The notes: a model not told the origin generated them from the sequence alone. 64,000 nt of DNA from an uncultured Selenomonadales bacterium (GCA_900315345.1 OMYP01000004.1:33922-97921); one strand, 5' to 3'; shown: positions 9,969 to 18,469, numbered from the stretch's first letter. Made by a program: numbers and translations.

Positions 9969-9997
9969 ATTTTAACATTCTGATCGGATTTTGTCAA
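9969..9997 (-). promoter_or_regulatory. Sigma-A promoter of carAB
   Basis: Minus strand TTGACA-17 bp-TAAAAT. Confidence 0.75.
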
Positions 9998-10016
9998 ACT
10001 GAAAGCGAATAAAAAT

Positions 10017-10628
10017 TCACTTTCTGCTTTTCTTTTTTTCGGTTTCTTTTTCGTGTATCTCTGCGCTGGCAATGACGGCCCTGGCTACTGCCTTCAGGGA
10101 AAGCCGGCGGTCCATGCTCAGTTTCTGCATGGCACGGAAGGCGTCTTTTTCCGAAAATTTATACTGATCCATCAGGATACCTTTGGCTCTGTCCAGCAAC
10201 TTCCGTGTTTCCAAATCGTCCTTGGCTTTGTCCAGTTCAGAATTTAACCGCTGGAACGCGGCAAACCGGTGGATCGCGATTTCTATGGCAGGGAAGAGCT
10301 CTTCTTCCCGGATGGGTTTTACCAGATAGGCAAATACGCCGGAATCAGTGGCCTGCTGCACGATTTCACGCTGGCTGTAGGCTGTCAGAAGAAGCACCGG
10401 CGCCAGTTTCTCGTCGCCAATGATCCGGGCCGCTTCCAGTCCGTCCATTTCCGGCATTTTCACGTCCATAATCACCAGGTCAGGCTTTTTCTGTTTTGTT
10501 ATGTCTATGGCAACTTTCCCGTTTTCCGCTTCGCCTATTACGGTGTGGCCTGCTCCTTCCAGCATTTCCCGCAGGTCAAGGCGCAGTAACGCTTCATCGT
10601 CTGCTATCAGGATCTTTAACGGTTTCAC
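10017..10628 (-). CDS. Response regulator, REC + ANTAR RNA-binding antitermination domain (EutV/NasT/PdtaR-like)
   Basis: Receiver motifs ADDE, DLVIMDVKMP, LLLTAY and YLVKP, then a coiled coil and the ANTAR signature RKLLDRAKGILM...SEKDAFRAMQKLSMD. GTG start with SD ggagggg. Confidence 0.93.
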   Translation of the reverse strand: MKPLKILIADDEALLRLDLREMLEGAGHTVIGEAENGKVAIDITKQKKPDLVIMDVKMPEMDGLEAARIIGDEKLAPVLLLTAYSQREIVQQATDSGVFAYLVKPIREEELFPAIEIAIHRFAAFQRLNSELDKAKDDLETRKLLDRAKGILMDQYKFSEKDAFRAMQKLSMDRRLSLKAVARAVIASAEIHEKETEKKKSRK

Positions 10629-10713
10629 ACATACCCCTCCGTAACAAAATAGTAATCCGTATTGTATCACCGTTTACTTAACAATTGCGCACGCTTATTA
10701 AATCCACGTTTCC

Positions 10714-12225
10714 TTATAAAAGAAAACGTACCTTTGCAACAGTCCCTTTGCCTTTTGGACGGGGCTCCAGGCTGAATGTGCCCTTCAAATCTGACTGAAC
10801 TACCGTCTGGACGATCTTTAATCCAAGACTCTGGGTCTTATGCAGGTCAAAACCCCGGGGCAGGCCTTTGCCGTTATCTTCAACCTGCAGCAGCAAGGCA
10901 GTATCGTTTCCTTTTTTCATGCCGGCAGACAGTCCTGCGTTTCCTGTGTCTAAAGAGTTGTCAGAACGTATTCCGTTTTGGTTCAGCCGTGTAATCGTTG
11001 CAGTCAGTTTACCGCGTTTCTTATTTTCAAAACCATGTTCAAGAGCGTTTTGCAGCAGTTCGTTTAATACCAGGGCAAGGCTTGCGGCCTGCTGGGAGGG
11101 CAGCCGCAGATCGTCGGCGGAAAAATTCATCTCAAGTTCCAGGTCCGGGGCTTTCATGCTGCTCATGACGGTTCGGAAAATACCGTTGCCCAGCTGGTTG
11201 ATATCTACAGTCTCTGTGCCCTGTCCGGAAAGGTATTCGTGGACCAGGGCAATGCTGCTGATGCGGTTGATAGAATCCCGCAGTACGAACCGGGTTTCCT
11301 CTGATGCTGCCCGGCGTTGTTCAAGGCGCAGGAGGCTGGCAATGGTCTGCAGGTTGTTCTTGACCCGGTGATGGATCTCACGGATCACAGCGGCTTTTAC
11401 CCGCAGTTCTTCGTCTTTCAGCTTCAGCTGCGTCACGTCTTCGATGACGGCGATAATACGTTTTATGTTACCGTCTACCTGCAGCGGGATAAAGCGGCAG
11501 TCAAGGAAAAGGCCTTTTTGTTGCAGTTCCTCTTCTTCGGCGGCTCCTGTCCGCAGCACATTGTCGATGCCATTCCAGTTGATTTCCGGGTTGGTGGTAT
11601 AGCGTCCTACCAGGGAACCGACCCCCAGTACCCGGTAAATATGCCGGGCCGCGTTGTTGGCTGCCAGTATACGCCGGTCTTCCGCATTTACCAGTACCAG
11701 CCCGTCGATGCTGGACAGACGGCGGTAACAGAGGTTGGATGCGTAATCTGTTCTGCTGCCCCGCAGAAAATCCATGGTAGTATCCCAAAATACCACGTCG
11801 GCCTCCCGGTCTTCAAAAGCGGCGGCTGCAAAGCACCGGTTTTCTGCGTCAAAGATGGGATATACTTTCAGGCGCGCAAACTGTCCGGCAGAAAATTCCC
11901 GGAACCCTTCCGTTACAGTTTTTTCCTCCAATGCCCGGGTTACCAGAGGCTCATCCTCTGCCCGTGTGATCTCTTCCGGTTCGGAATTTTCCGAGCGGGT
12001 AAGGGGCTCGGCCTGGTCGAACACACTTAAAAAGACGATTCCCCTGCTGGTGTTTAGGTCAGAGCCTGTATCCTGTCCTGCAGCAATATAGGCGAATTGC
12101 CGACTACGGTCCAGCGGCAGGATCAGGGAGATTTTCGCCTGGGCCAGATCGGCTGCCAGGCCCAGGTTGCTGCGCATGCCGTCCAAAATATCCCATTGTT
12201 CCTGTGTCAGTTGTTTAATCATCAT
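10714..12225 (-). CDS. Cytoplasmic sensor histidine kinase, HisKA_2 type (EutW/PdtaS-like)
   Basis: H-box EIHHRVKNNLQ, N-box LNELLQNALEHG, EDNGKG and SLGLKIV. N-terminal LAADLAQA segment and a PAS-like region. No transmembrane helix evident. Confidence 0.9.
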   Translation of the reverse strand: MMIKQLTQEQWDILDGMRSNLGLAADLAQAKISLILPLDRSRQFAYIAAGQDTGSDLNTSRGIVFLSVFDQAEPLTRSENSEPEEITRAEDEPLVTRALEEKTVTEGFREFSAGQFARLKVYPIFDAENRCFAAAAFEDREADVVFWDTTMDFLRGSRTDYASNLCYRRLSSIDGLVLVNAEDRRILAANNAARHIYRVLGVGSLVGRYTTNPEINWNGIDNVLRTGAAEEEELQQKGLFLDCRFIPLQVDGNIKRIIAVIEDVTQLKLKDEELRVKAAVIREIHHRVKNNLQTIASLLRLEQRRAASEETRFVLRDSINRISSIALVHEYLSGQGTETVDINQLGNGIFRTVMSSMKAPDLELEMNFSADDLRLPSQQAASLALVLNELLQNALEHGFENKKRGKLTATITRLNQNGIRSDNSLDTGNAGLSAGMKKGNDTALLLQVEDNGKGLPRGFDLHKTQSLGLKIVQTVVQSDLKGTFSLEPRPKGKGTVAKVRFLL

Positions 12226-12242
12226 AACCTACCTTGCTTAAA

Positions 12243-12286
12243 TAAAAAAGCAGGCAAAGGCATGGCGGTCTTTGTCTGCTTTGACA
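12243..12286 (-). terminator. Attenuator terminator in the kinase leader with an overlapping ANTAR-type hexaloop
   Basis: Minus strand aaagcagacaaag...ctttgcctgcttt (12 of 13 pairs) plus a T tract. An alternative hairpin tgtc-AAAGCA-gaca lies at 12286-12273. Confidence 0.78.
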
Positions 12287-12349
12287 TTCTTTATGTTACT
12301 GTAACACGAAGAAGGATGATTGTCAATTATCCTTTTGGAAAACAAAGCA

Positions 12350-12383
12350 AAACCCCCTGCAGATATTTAGCCTGCAGGGGGCT
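12350..12383 (-). terminator. Intrinsic terminator of the HU gene
   Basis: Minus strand gccccctgcagg...ctgcagggggtttt. Confidence 0.8.
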
Positions 12384-12398
12384 CGGTAAACGGTTTAA

Positions 12399-12710
12399 TT
12401 ATTTTTTAGCTTTTTTAGCAGCTTTCTTTTTGGGTTTGGCATTAACAGCGTCTTTAAAAGCTTTGCCTGCTTTGAAAGCGGGAACGGTTGCAGCAGCAAT
12501 TTTGATGTCTTTCCCGGTCTGCGGGTTTTTGCCGGTGCGGGCAGCGCGTTCGCGGGCTTCAAAAGTACCAAAGCCGATTAACTGAACTTTGCCTTTTTTA
12601 GCAACTTCGGCAACGGTAACTTCGGTAATTGCCTTTAATGCTTTTTCAACGTCTTTCTGGGTCAGTCCGGTTGCTTCAGCAACAGCTACAACAAGTTCTT
12701 TTTTGTTCAT
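12399..12710 (-). CDS. hup: DNA-binding protein HU with a Lys/Ala-rich C-terminal tail
   Basis: [37 protein letters not shown] and [13 protein letters not shown], followed by the tail [14 protein letters not shown]. Confidence 0.95.
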   Translation of the reverse strand: MNKKELVVAVAEATGLTQKDVEKALKAITEVTVAEVAKKGKVQLIGFGTFEARERAARTGKNPQTGKDIKIAAATVPAFKAGKAFKDAVNAKPKKKAAKKAKK

Positions 12711-13033
12711 GATGAAAGCTCCTTTATAAAAAATTTTTTGCAAAGGCGCACCACGCCTGTATTTATAATTATAATAGCAGTGTTTATGCGGCCTTGCAAG
12801 CTTTCGTCAACAATAAATTGTGAACTTTTTGTAAACTTCTTGGAAAAAACCCTTGATGTTGTGCCAGATATGGCTGAAAGGTGAAAAAAGGCGGCATATT
12901 CAGTTTTCAGGCCTGCTTTTTTTGCAAAAAATGGATTGTTTTTCAAAAACAGTTTTAAAAACAGGATCCCATCAGGAACAAGAAACGGCTGCGCCGTAAA
13001 ATACAGCACAGCCGTTTATATTTATTATAGAAT

Positions 13034-14050
13034 TTACAGCCTTACCATATCCCTTGTGATTTCAGCTAACGTATGGGCGCCACACATTTCCATGGTGTCT
13101 TCCAGTTCCGCCGCCAGCTTTTGCGTCAGTATATGCACGCCTTCCGCGCCTGCGCCGTATACCGCGGTAACATAGGGGCGGGCGATGATGACGGCGTCCG
13201 CGCCGATGGCCAGGGCTTTGAAGATGTCCACGCCGGACCGGATACCGCCGTCTACCAGAATTTTCATGCTTCCCTGTACTGCGTCAACGATTCCCGGAAG
13301 CACTTCCGCTGTGGCCGGACACTGGTCCAGCACTCTGCCTCCGTGATTGGAAACTACAATGGCAGAGGCGCCGGCTTCTTTTGCTTTCAGGGCGCCTTTT
13401 ACGGTCATGATGCCTTTCACGATAAAGGGCAGGCCGGCGTTACGAATGATTTCAGCCAGCTCTTCCGTTGACTTGGACCCGGCGGAGGTGTTCAGCTTTT
13501 TCAGGAAGGGGAGCCCGGCCCCGTCTACGTCCATGGCGCAGGCAAAGGCTCCGCTGTCTTTTACGAAGGCGAACTTTTCCGTCAGGGTTTCCGGTCCCCA
13601 GGGCTTTACTGTAGGAATCCCTATGCCGCCGGCCTTTTTAATGGCGTTGCAGGCAGCTGCCATAACGGTAGGGTCGGCTCCGTCGCCGGTCATGGCTACG
13701 ATGCCTGCTTCAGCGCAGCCGGAGACAAGGGCGTCGTTATAAGTAATATCCGAATAGGCGTCGCTGTAATGGAGGCCTACCAGACCCACCGGCCCGGCAA
13801 TAATGGGGTAGGCCAGCTTCTGGCCGAAAAATTCCAGGCTCATGTCCACCGGACGTTTTTCTGTCAGGGTGTCCATGTTGATGCGGATCTCTTTCCATTT
13901 ATCGTAGTTGCGGATAGCTGTGTCCCCAATGCCTTTGGCCCCGGGGCCCGGCATTTTGCTGCCGCAGGCCCGGCCGTTGCAGACCAGGCAGCCTTTACAT
14001 ATTTCGCCCAGCCTGGGGCGGGCCGCTTCCATCAGCTCTTTGTAATCCAT
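13034..14050 (-). CDS. FMN-dependent alpha-hydroxy acid oxidase/dehydrogenase family protein
   Basis: KGIMT, IVVSNHGGRVLD, VDGGIRSGVDIFKALAIGA. Has an N-terminal CxxCxxCxxxxC motif. Confidence 0.88.
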   Translation of the reverse strand: MDYKELMEAARPRLGEICKGCLVCNGRACGSKMPGPGAKGIGDTAIRNYDKWKEIRINMDTLTEKRPVDMSLEFFGQKLAYPIIAGPVGLVGLHYSDAYSDITYNDALVSGCAEAGIVAMTGDGADPTVMAAACNAIKKAGGIGIPTVKPWGPETLTEKFAFVKDSGAFACAMDVDGAGLPFLKKLNTSAGSKSTEELAEIIRNAGLPFIVKGIMTVKGALKAKEAGASAIVVSNHGGRVLDQCPATAEVLPGIVDAVQGSMKILVDGGIRSGVDIFKALAIGADAVIIARPYVTAVYGAGAEGVHILTQKLAAELEDTMEMCGAHTLAEITRDMVRL

Positions 14051-14063
14051 GATGCTTCCTCCC

Positions 14064-14429
14064 TCATTTGCGTATCGGTAAAATTTCCAGCCAGTAGCCG
14101 TCCGGGTCATTGATAAAGTAAATGCCCATCATAGGGTTCTCATAGCAGATGCAGCCCATCTTTTTGTGTTTTTCATGCATCGCTTCATACTCATCTGTAA
14201 CAAAGGCCAGATGGAATTCGTTTTCCCCCAGGTTATAGGGCTCTTTCCGGTCTTTCAGCCAGGTCAGCTCCAGGGTGTGGGGCGTCTGGCCGTTATCCCC
14301 CAGATAGACTAACGTGAAATCCGGCTTCTCAACCCGGCGTACCTCTGTCAGGTTCAGGGCTTCTTTGTAAAACGCCATGCTCTTTTCCAGATCCAGCACA
14401 TTGAAATTGTTGTGGGCAAATCGGATCAT
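14064..14429 (-). CDS. gloA: Glyoxalase I / lactoylglutathione lyase (VOC family)
   Basis: HNNFNVLDLEKSMAFY, FTLVYL, LELTW, FHLAF and YFINDPDGYWLEI. Confidence 0.85.
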   Translation of the reverse strand: MIRFAHNNFNVLDLEKSMAFYKEALNLTEVRRVEKPDFTLVYLGDNGQTPHTLELTWLKDRKEPYNLGENEFHLAFVTDEYEAMHEKHKKMGCICYENPMMGIYFINDPDGYWLEILPIRK

Positions 14430-14516
14430 ATCGGTTCCCTCCATACATTTCAAAATAAAATGACAGGCATTTCTTCCGGGAACCGGAGATTATCTCTGTC
14501 TCGTCAGAAATGACTT

Positions 14517-14550
14517 GAAACGGGATGCTGTTTTACCGGCATCCCGTTTC
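14517..14550. terminator. Intrinsic terminator downstream of the alpha/beta hydrolase
   Basis: gaaacgggatgc...gcatcccgtttc perfect 12-bp stem. Confidence 0.75.
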
Positions 14551-14612
14551 ATCATTATATCATATATATTATATTTTTACACTTATATATTTTTTACGCT
14601 GAAACTGTTATC

Positions 14613-15707
14613 TTACAAGTATTTATGGAAGAAGGCTTCGATTTTGTCGAAGGGGATGATATCCATACGGTCGTACAGGTCGGTGTGGCTGGCTCCCGGG
14701 ATGATCATCAGTTCCTTGTTGTCCCCTTTCAGTTTTTTGAATGCATCTTCCCCGAAGTAACGGGAATGGGCCTTTTCCCCGTGGATGACCAGGACGGCGT
14801 TGCGGATCTCACCGGCGTAGGTCAGCTGGGGCATGTTCATGAAGGAAAGGGCGCTGGTCACGTTCCAGCCGCCGTTGGAGTTCAGGGAGCGTTTGTGGTA
14901 TCCCCGGGGCGTTTTGTAATAGTCCCAGTAATCGCTGAAGAATTTCGGCTCTGCGGGACGTTCTTCCGGAAGACCGCCGGCCAGCTTATAGCTTCCGTTT
15001 TTATAATCTTCGGTACGCTGTGCATTCATGGCTTCCCGGGCTTTGTAACGGGCCTCTTCGTCCATGGCGTCAAAATAGCCGTTGGCGGTTACCCGGCTCA
15101 TGTCGTACATGGTGGAGATGACGGACGCTTTGATGCGGGTGTCCATGGCCGCTGCGTTCAGGGCCAGGCCGCCCCAGCCGCAGATGCCGATGATGCCGAT
15201 ATGATTGGGGTCTACATTATCCTGGGTGGAAAGGAAATCAACGGCTGCGGAAAAATCTTCCGTGTTGATGTCGGGGGAAGCCACATAACGGGGGGTGCCG
15301 CCGCTTTCCCCGGTGAAGGAGGGATCGAAGGCGATGGTAAGGAAGCCCCGCTCTGCCATGGTTTGGGCGTACAAACCGCTGCTCTGTTCCTTCACTGCAC
15401 CGAAGGGGCCGGCCACTGCCAGGGCAGGGAGTTTTTTGCCGTCGCTGTTTTTCGGAATGTACATATCTGCCGCCAGAGTGACGCCATAACGATTGTGAAA
15501 AGTAATTTTTTTATGATCTACCCTATCGCTCAGGGGGAAGACTTTATCCCATTTTTCTTCTAACTGCAATTTCTGTTCGGTCTGCATAATGGCTCCTTTC
15601 GCGGTTTCTGTATTTTTGGCCTGGGTTTTGTCGGCTGCCAGGGCACTGCCTGTGAAGGTCATGAGGCCCACAAGTATTGCGGCCAGTAACTTTTTGTTCA
15701 GCTTCAT
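14613..15707 (-). CDS. Alpha/beta hydrolase (YcjY-like) with a signal peptide
   Basis: N-terminal K-rich plus hydrophobic signal ending ALA. Motifs GPFGAVKEQ, FDPSFTGESGG, GICGWGG (Cys nucleophile) and GASHTDLYD. Confidence 0.85.
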   Translation of the reverse strand: MKLNKKLLAAILVGLMTFTGSALAADKTQAKNTETAKGAIMQTEQKLQLEEKWDKVFPLSDRVDHKKITFHNRYGVTLAADMYIPKNSDGKKLPALAVAGPFGAVKEQSSGLYAQTMAERGFLTIAFDPSFTGESGGTPRYVASPDINTEDFSAAVDFLSTQDNVDPNHIGIIGICGWGGLALNAAAMDTRIKASVISTMYDMSRVTANGYFDAMDEEARYKAREAMNAQRTEDYKNGSYKLAGGLPEERPAEPKFFSDYWDYYKTPRGYHKRSLNSNGGWNVTSALSFMNMPQLTYAGEIRNAVLVIHGEKAHSRYFGEDAFKKLKGDNKELMIIPGASHTDLYDRMDIIPFDKIEAFFHKYL

Positions 15708-15811
15708 AAGTTTCTTCCTTTCTGCCAGATGCGCTAAGTTACTTCTCTTTGGTCAGTTAATCCAATCAATTCCTAAAATGACTTTAAATTTACTTCATTT
15801 CGTTGCCGCTT

Positions 15812-16582
15812 TTATAAAAATGCTCCGTTGCAGACCTGGATGACCTGGCCCTTTACGTGTTTTCCCATATCGGAAGCCAGGAACAGGCAGGCATTGGCCT
15901 GGTCCATGGGATCGCATTCAGGCCCGGGGGAATATACAAAATGTTTGCTGTATTCCAGCATTTTTGCGCCGCCGGGCTGTTCCCCGGCTTTGTTGGCCAG
16001 ATGGGCCGGGGTTACGGTAGCGCCCGGTGCGATGGCATTGATGCGGATGTTAGTGTTGATAAGGCGCATGGCAACATTTTTCGTCAGCGTATTGATGGCG
16101 CCTTTGGAGGAGGTGTAGGCGGCGCCGCAGAATGGACGGGTGCCGTTGACGGAGGAAATGTTGATGATGCAGCCTTCATTCTTCGGAAGAAATACTTTCA
16201 GCGCTTCCCGGATGAACCGGAAAGGACCGAACACATTGGTCTGATATACATGTTCCAGCCATTCGTCATCGGTTTCATCGATCATTTTCTGCTCGCCGAT
16301 GGCTGCGTTGTTGATGACGATGTCCAGGTCGCCGTAGGTGTTCAGTGCGGTCTGGATTACGTTTTTCACATCTTCCAGATTTTTATTGTCCGCTACTACG
16401 CCGGTCACTTCCAGTCCCTGTTCTTTTAAACGGCTGACCGCTGCGTCTAATTTTTCTTTACCCCTTGCGGTCATAATAACTTTTGCCCCTTCTTTTGCAA
16501 AAAGTTCCGCCATGGTTTCTCCCATGCCGTAGCTTGCGCCGGATACGATGGCAACTTTTCCTTCCAGCATTTTTTCTTTCAT
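15812..16582 (-). CDS. Short-chain dehydrogenase/reductase
   Basis: SGASYGMG, INNAAIG, NISS, catalytic YTSSK and INAIAPG. Confidence 0.92.
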   Translation of the reverse strand: MKEKMLEGKVAIVSGASYGMGETMAELFAKEGAKVIMTARGKEKLDAAVSRLKEQGLEVTGVVADNKNLEDVKNVIQTALNTYGDLDIVINNAAIGEQKMIDETDDEWLEHVYQTNVFGPFRFIREALKVFLPKNEGCIINISSVNGTRPFCGAAYTSSKGAINTLTKNVAMRLINTNIRINAIAPGATVTPAHLANKAGEQPGGAKMLEYSKHFVYSPGPECDPMDQANACLFLASDMGKHVKGQVIQVCNGAFL

Positions 16583-16636
16583 GATTTGTATTCTCCTGTC
16601 TTTTAATTTTGAATGTAGTTTATTGTTCCTGTCAAC

Positions 16637-16679
16637 ATTATAAAAAGATGGTCCGGAAATGTCTAATACTTAGAAATTA
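16637..16679 (-). promoter_or_regulatory. LysR-dependent promoter of the SDR/hydrolase operon
   Basis: Minus strand TAAGTAT-TAGACA-17 bp-TATAAT. The same block recurs at 17706-17742. Confidence 0.75.
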
Positions 16680-16791
16680 TTTTCAGATATGCCTGTTTTC
16701 TATTTTTGTGTTATACTTAAAAAGTGATATTTATTTAAAATAATTTCAAGTTAGAAAATGCAAGAAATTTACTGTAATAGGAGGCACCATT

Positions 16792-17679
16792 GTGGAAATT
16801 CGTGTACTGCGTTACTTTCTTGAAACTGCCAGGGAGGGAAACATTACCCGTGCGGCAGAACGGCTTCACGTTACCCAGCCCACTATGTCCAGACAGTTAA
16901 AAGATATGGAGGAAGAACTGGGAGTAAAGCTGTTTATACGAACCAATTATGCACTGCGGCTGACCGAGGCCGGGATGCTGCTGCGCAAACGGGCGGAAGA
17001 TATCCTGGATCTGGTGGATAAGACGGAGTCGGAATTTAAAACGATGGACGACAGGATTGGGGGCGAAATTTTTGTGGGCTGCCCGGAGGCGGACTCTTTT
17101 AAATATTTTGCCAGAGCGTTAAAGCGGGTGCAGCAGCAACACGCCGGTGTCCGATGTCATATTACAAGCGGGAACAGTGAAGCGGTTACGGAAAAGCTGG
17201 ACAAAGGAATACTGGATTTTGCGCTGGTCATGGAATATGCGAATCCTCTCAAATACAACTGCCTTGATATTCCGGCACAGGAAACGTGGGGCGTTTTCAT
17301 GCGAAAGGATTCGCCTTTGGCAAAGAAAAAAACATTGCGCCTTGCGGATTTATACGATCTGCCCCTTATCTGTTCACAGCAGAATATAGAACAGAATTTT
17401 CCTGTTTGGTTCGGGGAGAAACTGGACAGCCTGAACATTGTCGCTACCTATAACCTGTTTTATAACGCAGCTATCCTTGTAAGGGAAGGCCTGGGGTATG
17501 CAATTTCCTATGACAAAATGGCGGATACGGGAAAGGAAAGCCAGATGCTTTTTATCCCTCTGACAGACGTGCCTTTGTCGGCAATGAAGATCATCTGGAA
17601 AAAGTACCAGGTGTTTTCACCGGCGGCCTCGCTGCTTTTGAACGAACTAAAAAACGAATTCGGGAATGGAGAAAAATAG
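16792..17679 (+). CDS. LysR-family transcriptional regulator
   Basis: N-terminal HTH LRYF..AREGNITRAAERLHVTQPTMSRQ and a substrate-binding domain. Confidence 0.95.
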   Translation: MEIRVLRYFLETAREGNITRAAERLHVTQPTMSRQLKDMEEELGVKLFIRTNYALRLTEAGMLLRKRAEDILDLVDKTESEFKTMDDRIGGEIFVGCPEADSFKYFARALKRVQQQHAGVRCHITSGNSEAVTEKLDKGILDFALVMEYANPLKYNCLDIPAQETWGVFMRKDSPLAKKKTLRLADLYDLPLICSQQNIEQNFPVWFGEKLDSLNIVATYNLFYNAAILVREGLGYAISYDKMADTGKESQMLFIPLTDVPLSAMKIIWKKYQVFSPAASLLLNELKNEFGNGEK

Positions 17680-17701
17680 AAAATTACTATATCTTCATAT
17701 G

Positions 17702-17742
17702 AATTTTAAGTATTAGACATTTCTGTGCCGGGTGCGTATAAT
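17702..17742 (+). promoter_or_regulatory. LysR-dependent promoter of the flavodoxin-like gene
   Basis: TAAGTAT-TAGACA (17714-17719)-17 bp-TATAAT (17737-17742). Confidence 0.75.
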
Positions 17743-17926
17743 TGCAATATAATACAGAAACTGGAATGTAAAGGGACGGTCGTGGCAGTGTCGGAACAAG
17801 TTGACGAAACTGTTCAAAGAATTCTATTCAGAGGTAAAGCCAAACAGAAAAGTGGTTTTTAGCCGTTCTTAACCATTTCAGCGGTTTCTGGAGAGAAAAA
17901 TTATTGGAAAAAGAGGTGCATCCCAA

Positions 17927-18469
17927 GTGGCGAAAAAAGTGTTGATTATCAGTACCAGTTTACGGAACAACAGCAATTCGGAGAAACTGGCGGAAGCCTT
18001 TGCGGAAGGGGCAAAAGCCTCCGGCAATGAAGTGGAAATGGTTTCACTGAAAAATAAATCTATTGCTTTTTGCAAAGGCTGTTTTGCCTGCCAAAAGGTT
18101 GGGCGTTGCGTTATCAACGACGACGCCAATGCCATTACGGAAAAAATTCTGGAAGCGGACGTGGTGGTATGGGCTACGCCCATTTACTATTATGAGATGA
18201 GCGGACAGATGAAGACCATGATTGACCGTGCCAATTCCCTGTTCCCCCGGGATTATAAATTCCGGGACGTTTATCTGCTGTCGGCAGCTGCGGAAGACGA
18301 GCCTTATGTGGATGAAGGAGCGGTGAAAGGATTGCAGGGATGGATCGACTGCTTTGAAAAGGCCCGTTTTGCAGGAAAGGTGTTTGCAGGCGGTGTCACC
18401 GATCCCGGTGATATTAAAGGCAGCGCTAAGCTGGAAGAAGCTTTTGCAATGGGAAAAGCTGTTTTATAA
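17927..18469 (+). CDS. Flavodoxin-family / iron-sulfur flavoprotein (NADPH-dependent FMN reductase-like)
   Basis: STSLRNNSNS, CKGCFACQ..GRC, and ATPIYYYEMSGQMKTMIDR. Confidence 0.88.
   Translation: MAKKVLIISTSLRNNSNSEKLAEAFAEGAKASGNEVEMVSLKNKSIAFCKGCFACQKVGRCVINDDANAITEKILEADVVVWATPIYYYEMSGQMKTMIDRANSLFPRDYKFRDVYLLSAAAEDEPYVDEGAVKGLQGWIDCFEKARFAGKVFAGGVTDPGDIKGSAKLEEAFAMGKAVL

Noticed and set aside
10017-12225. Naming the two-component system eutV/eutW
   Set aside because: The domain architecture matches, but no ethanolamine utilisation genes are present and the apparent targets are nitrogen-assimilation genes.
12296-12308. GlnR/TnrA box in the kinase promoter (TGTTA-cag-TAACA on the minus strand)
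   Set aside because: The spacer is 3 bp rather than the 7 bp of TGTNA-N7-TNACA.
17782-17862. Possible 26-aa small ORF (MAVSEQVDETV...) in the flavodoxin leader
   Set aside because: Weak SD, no recognisable features, and no supporting evidence from sequence alone.
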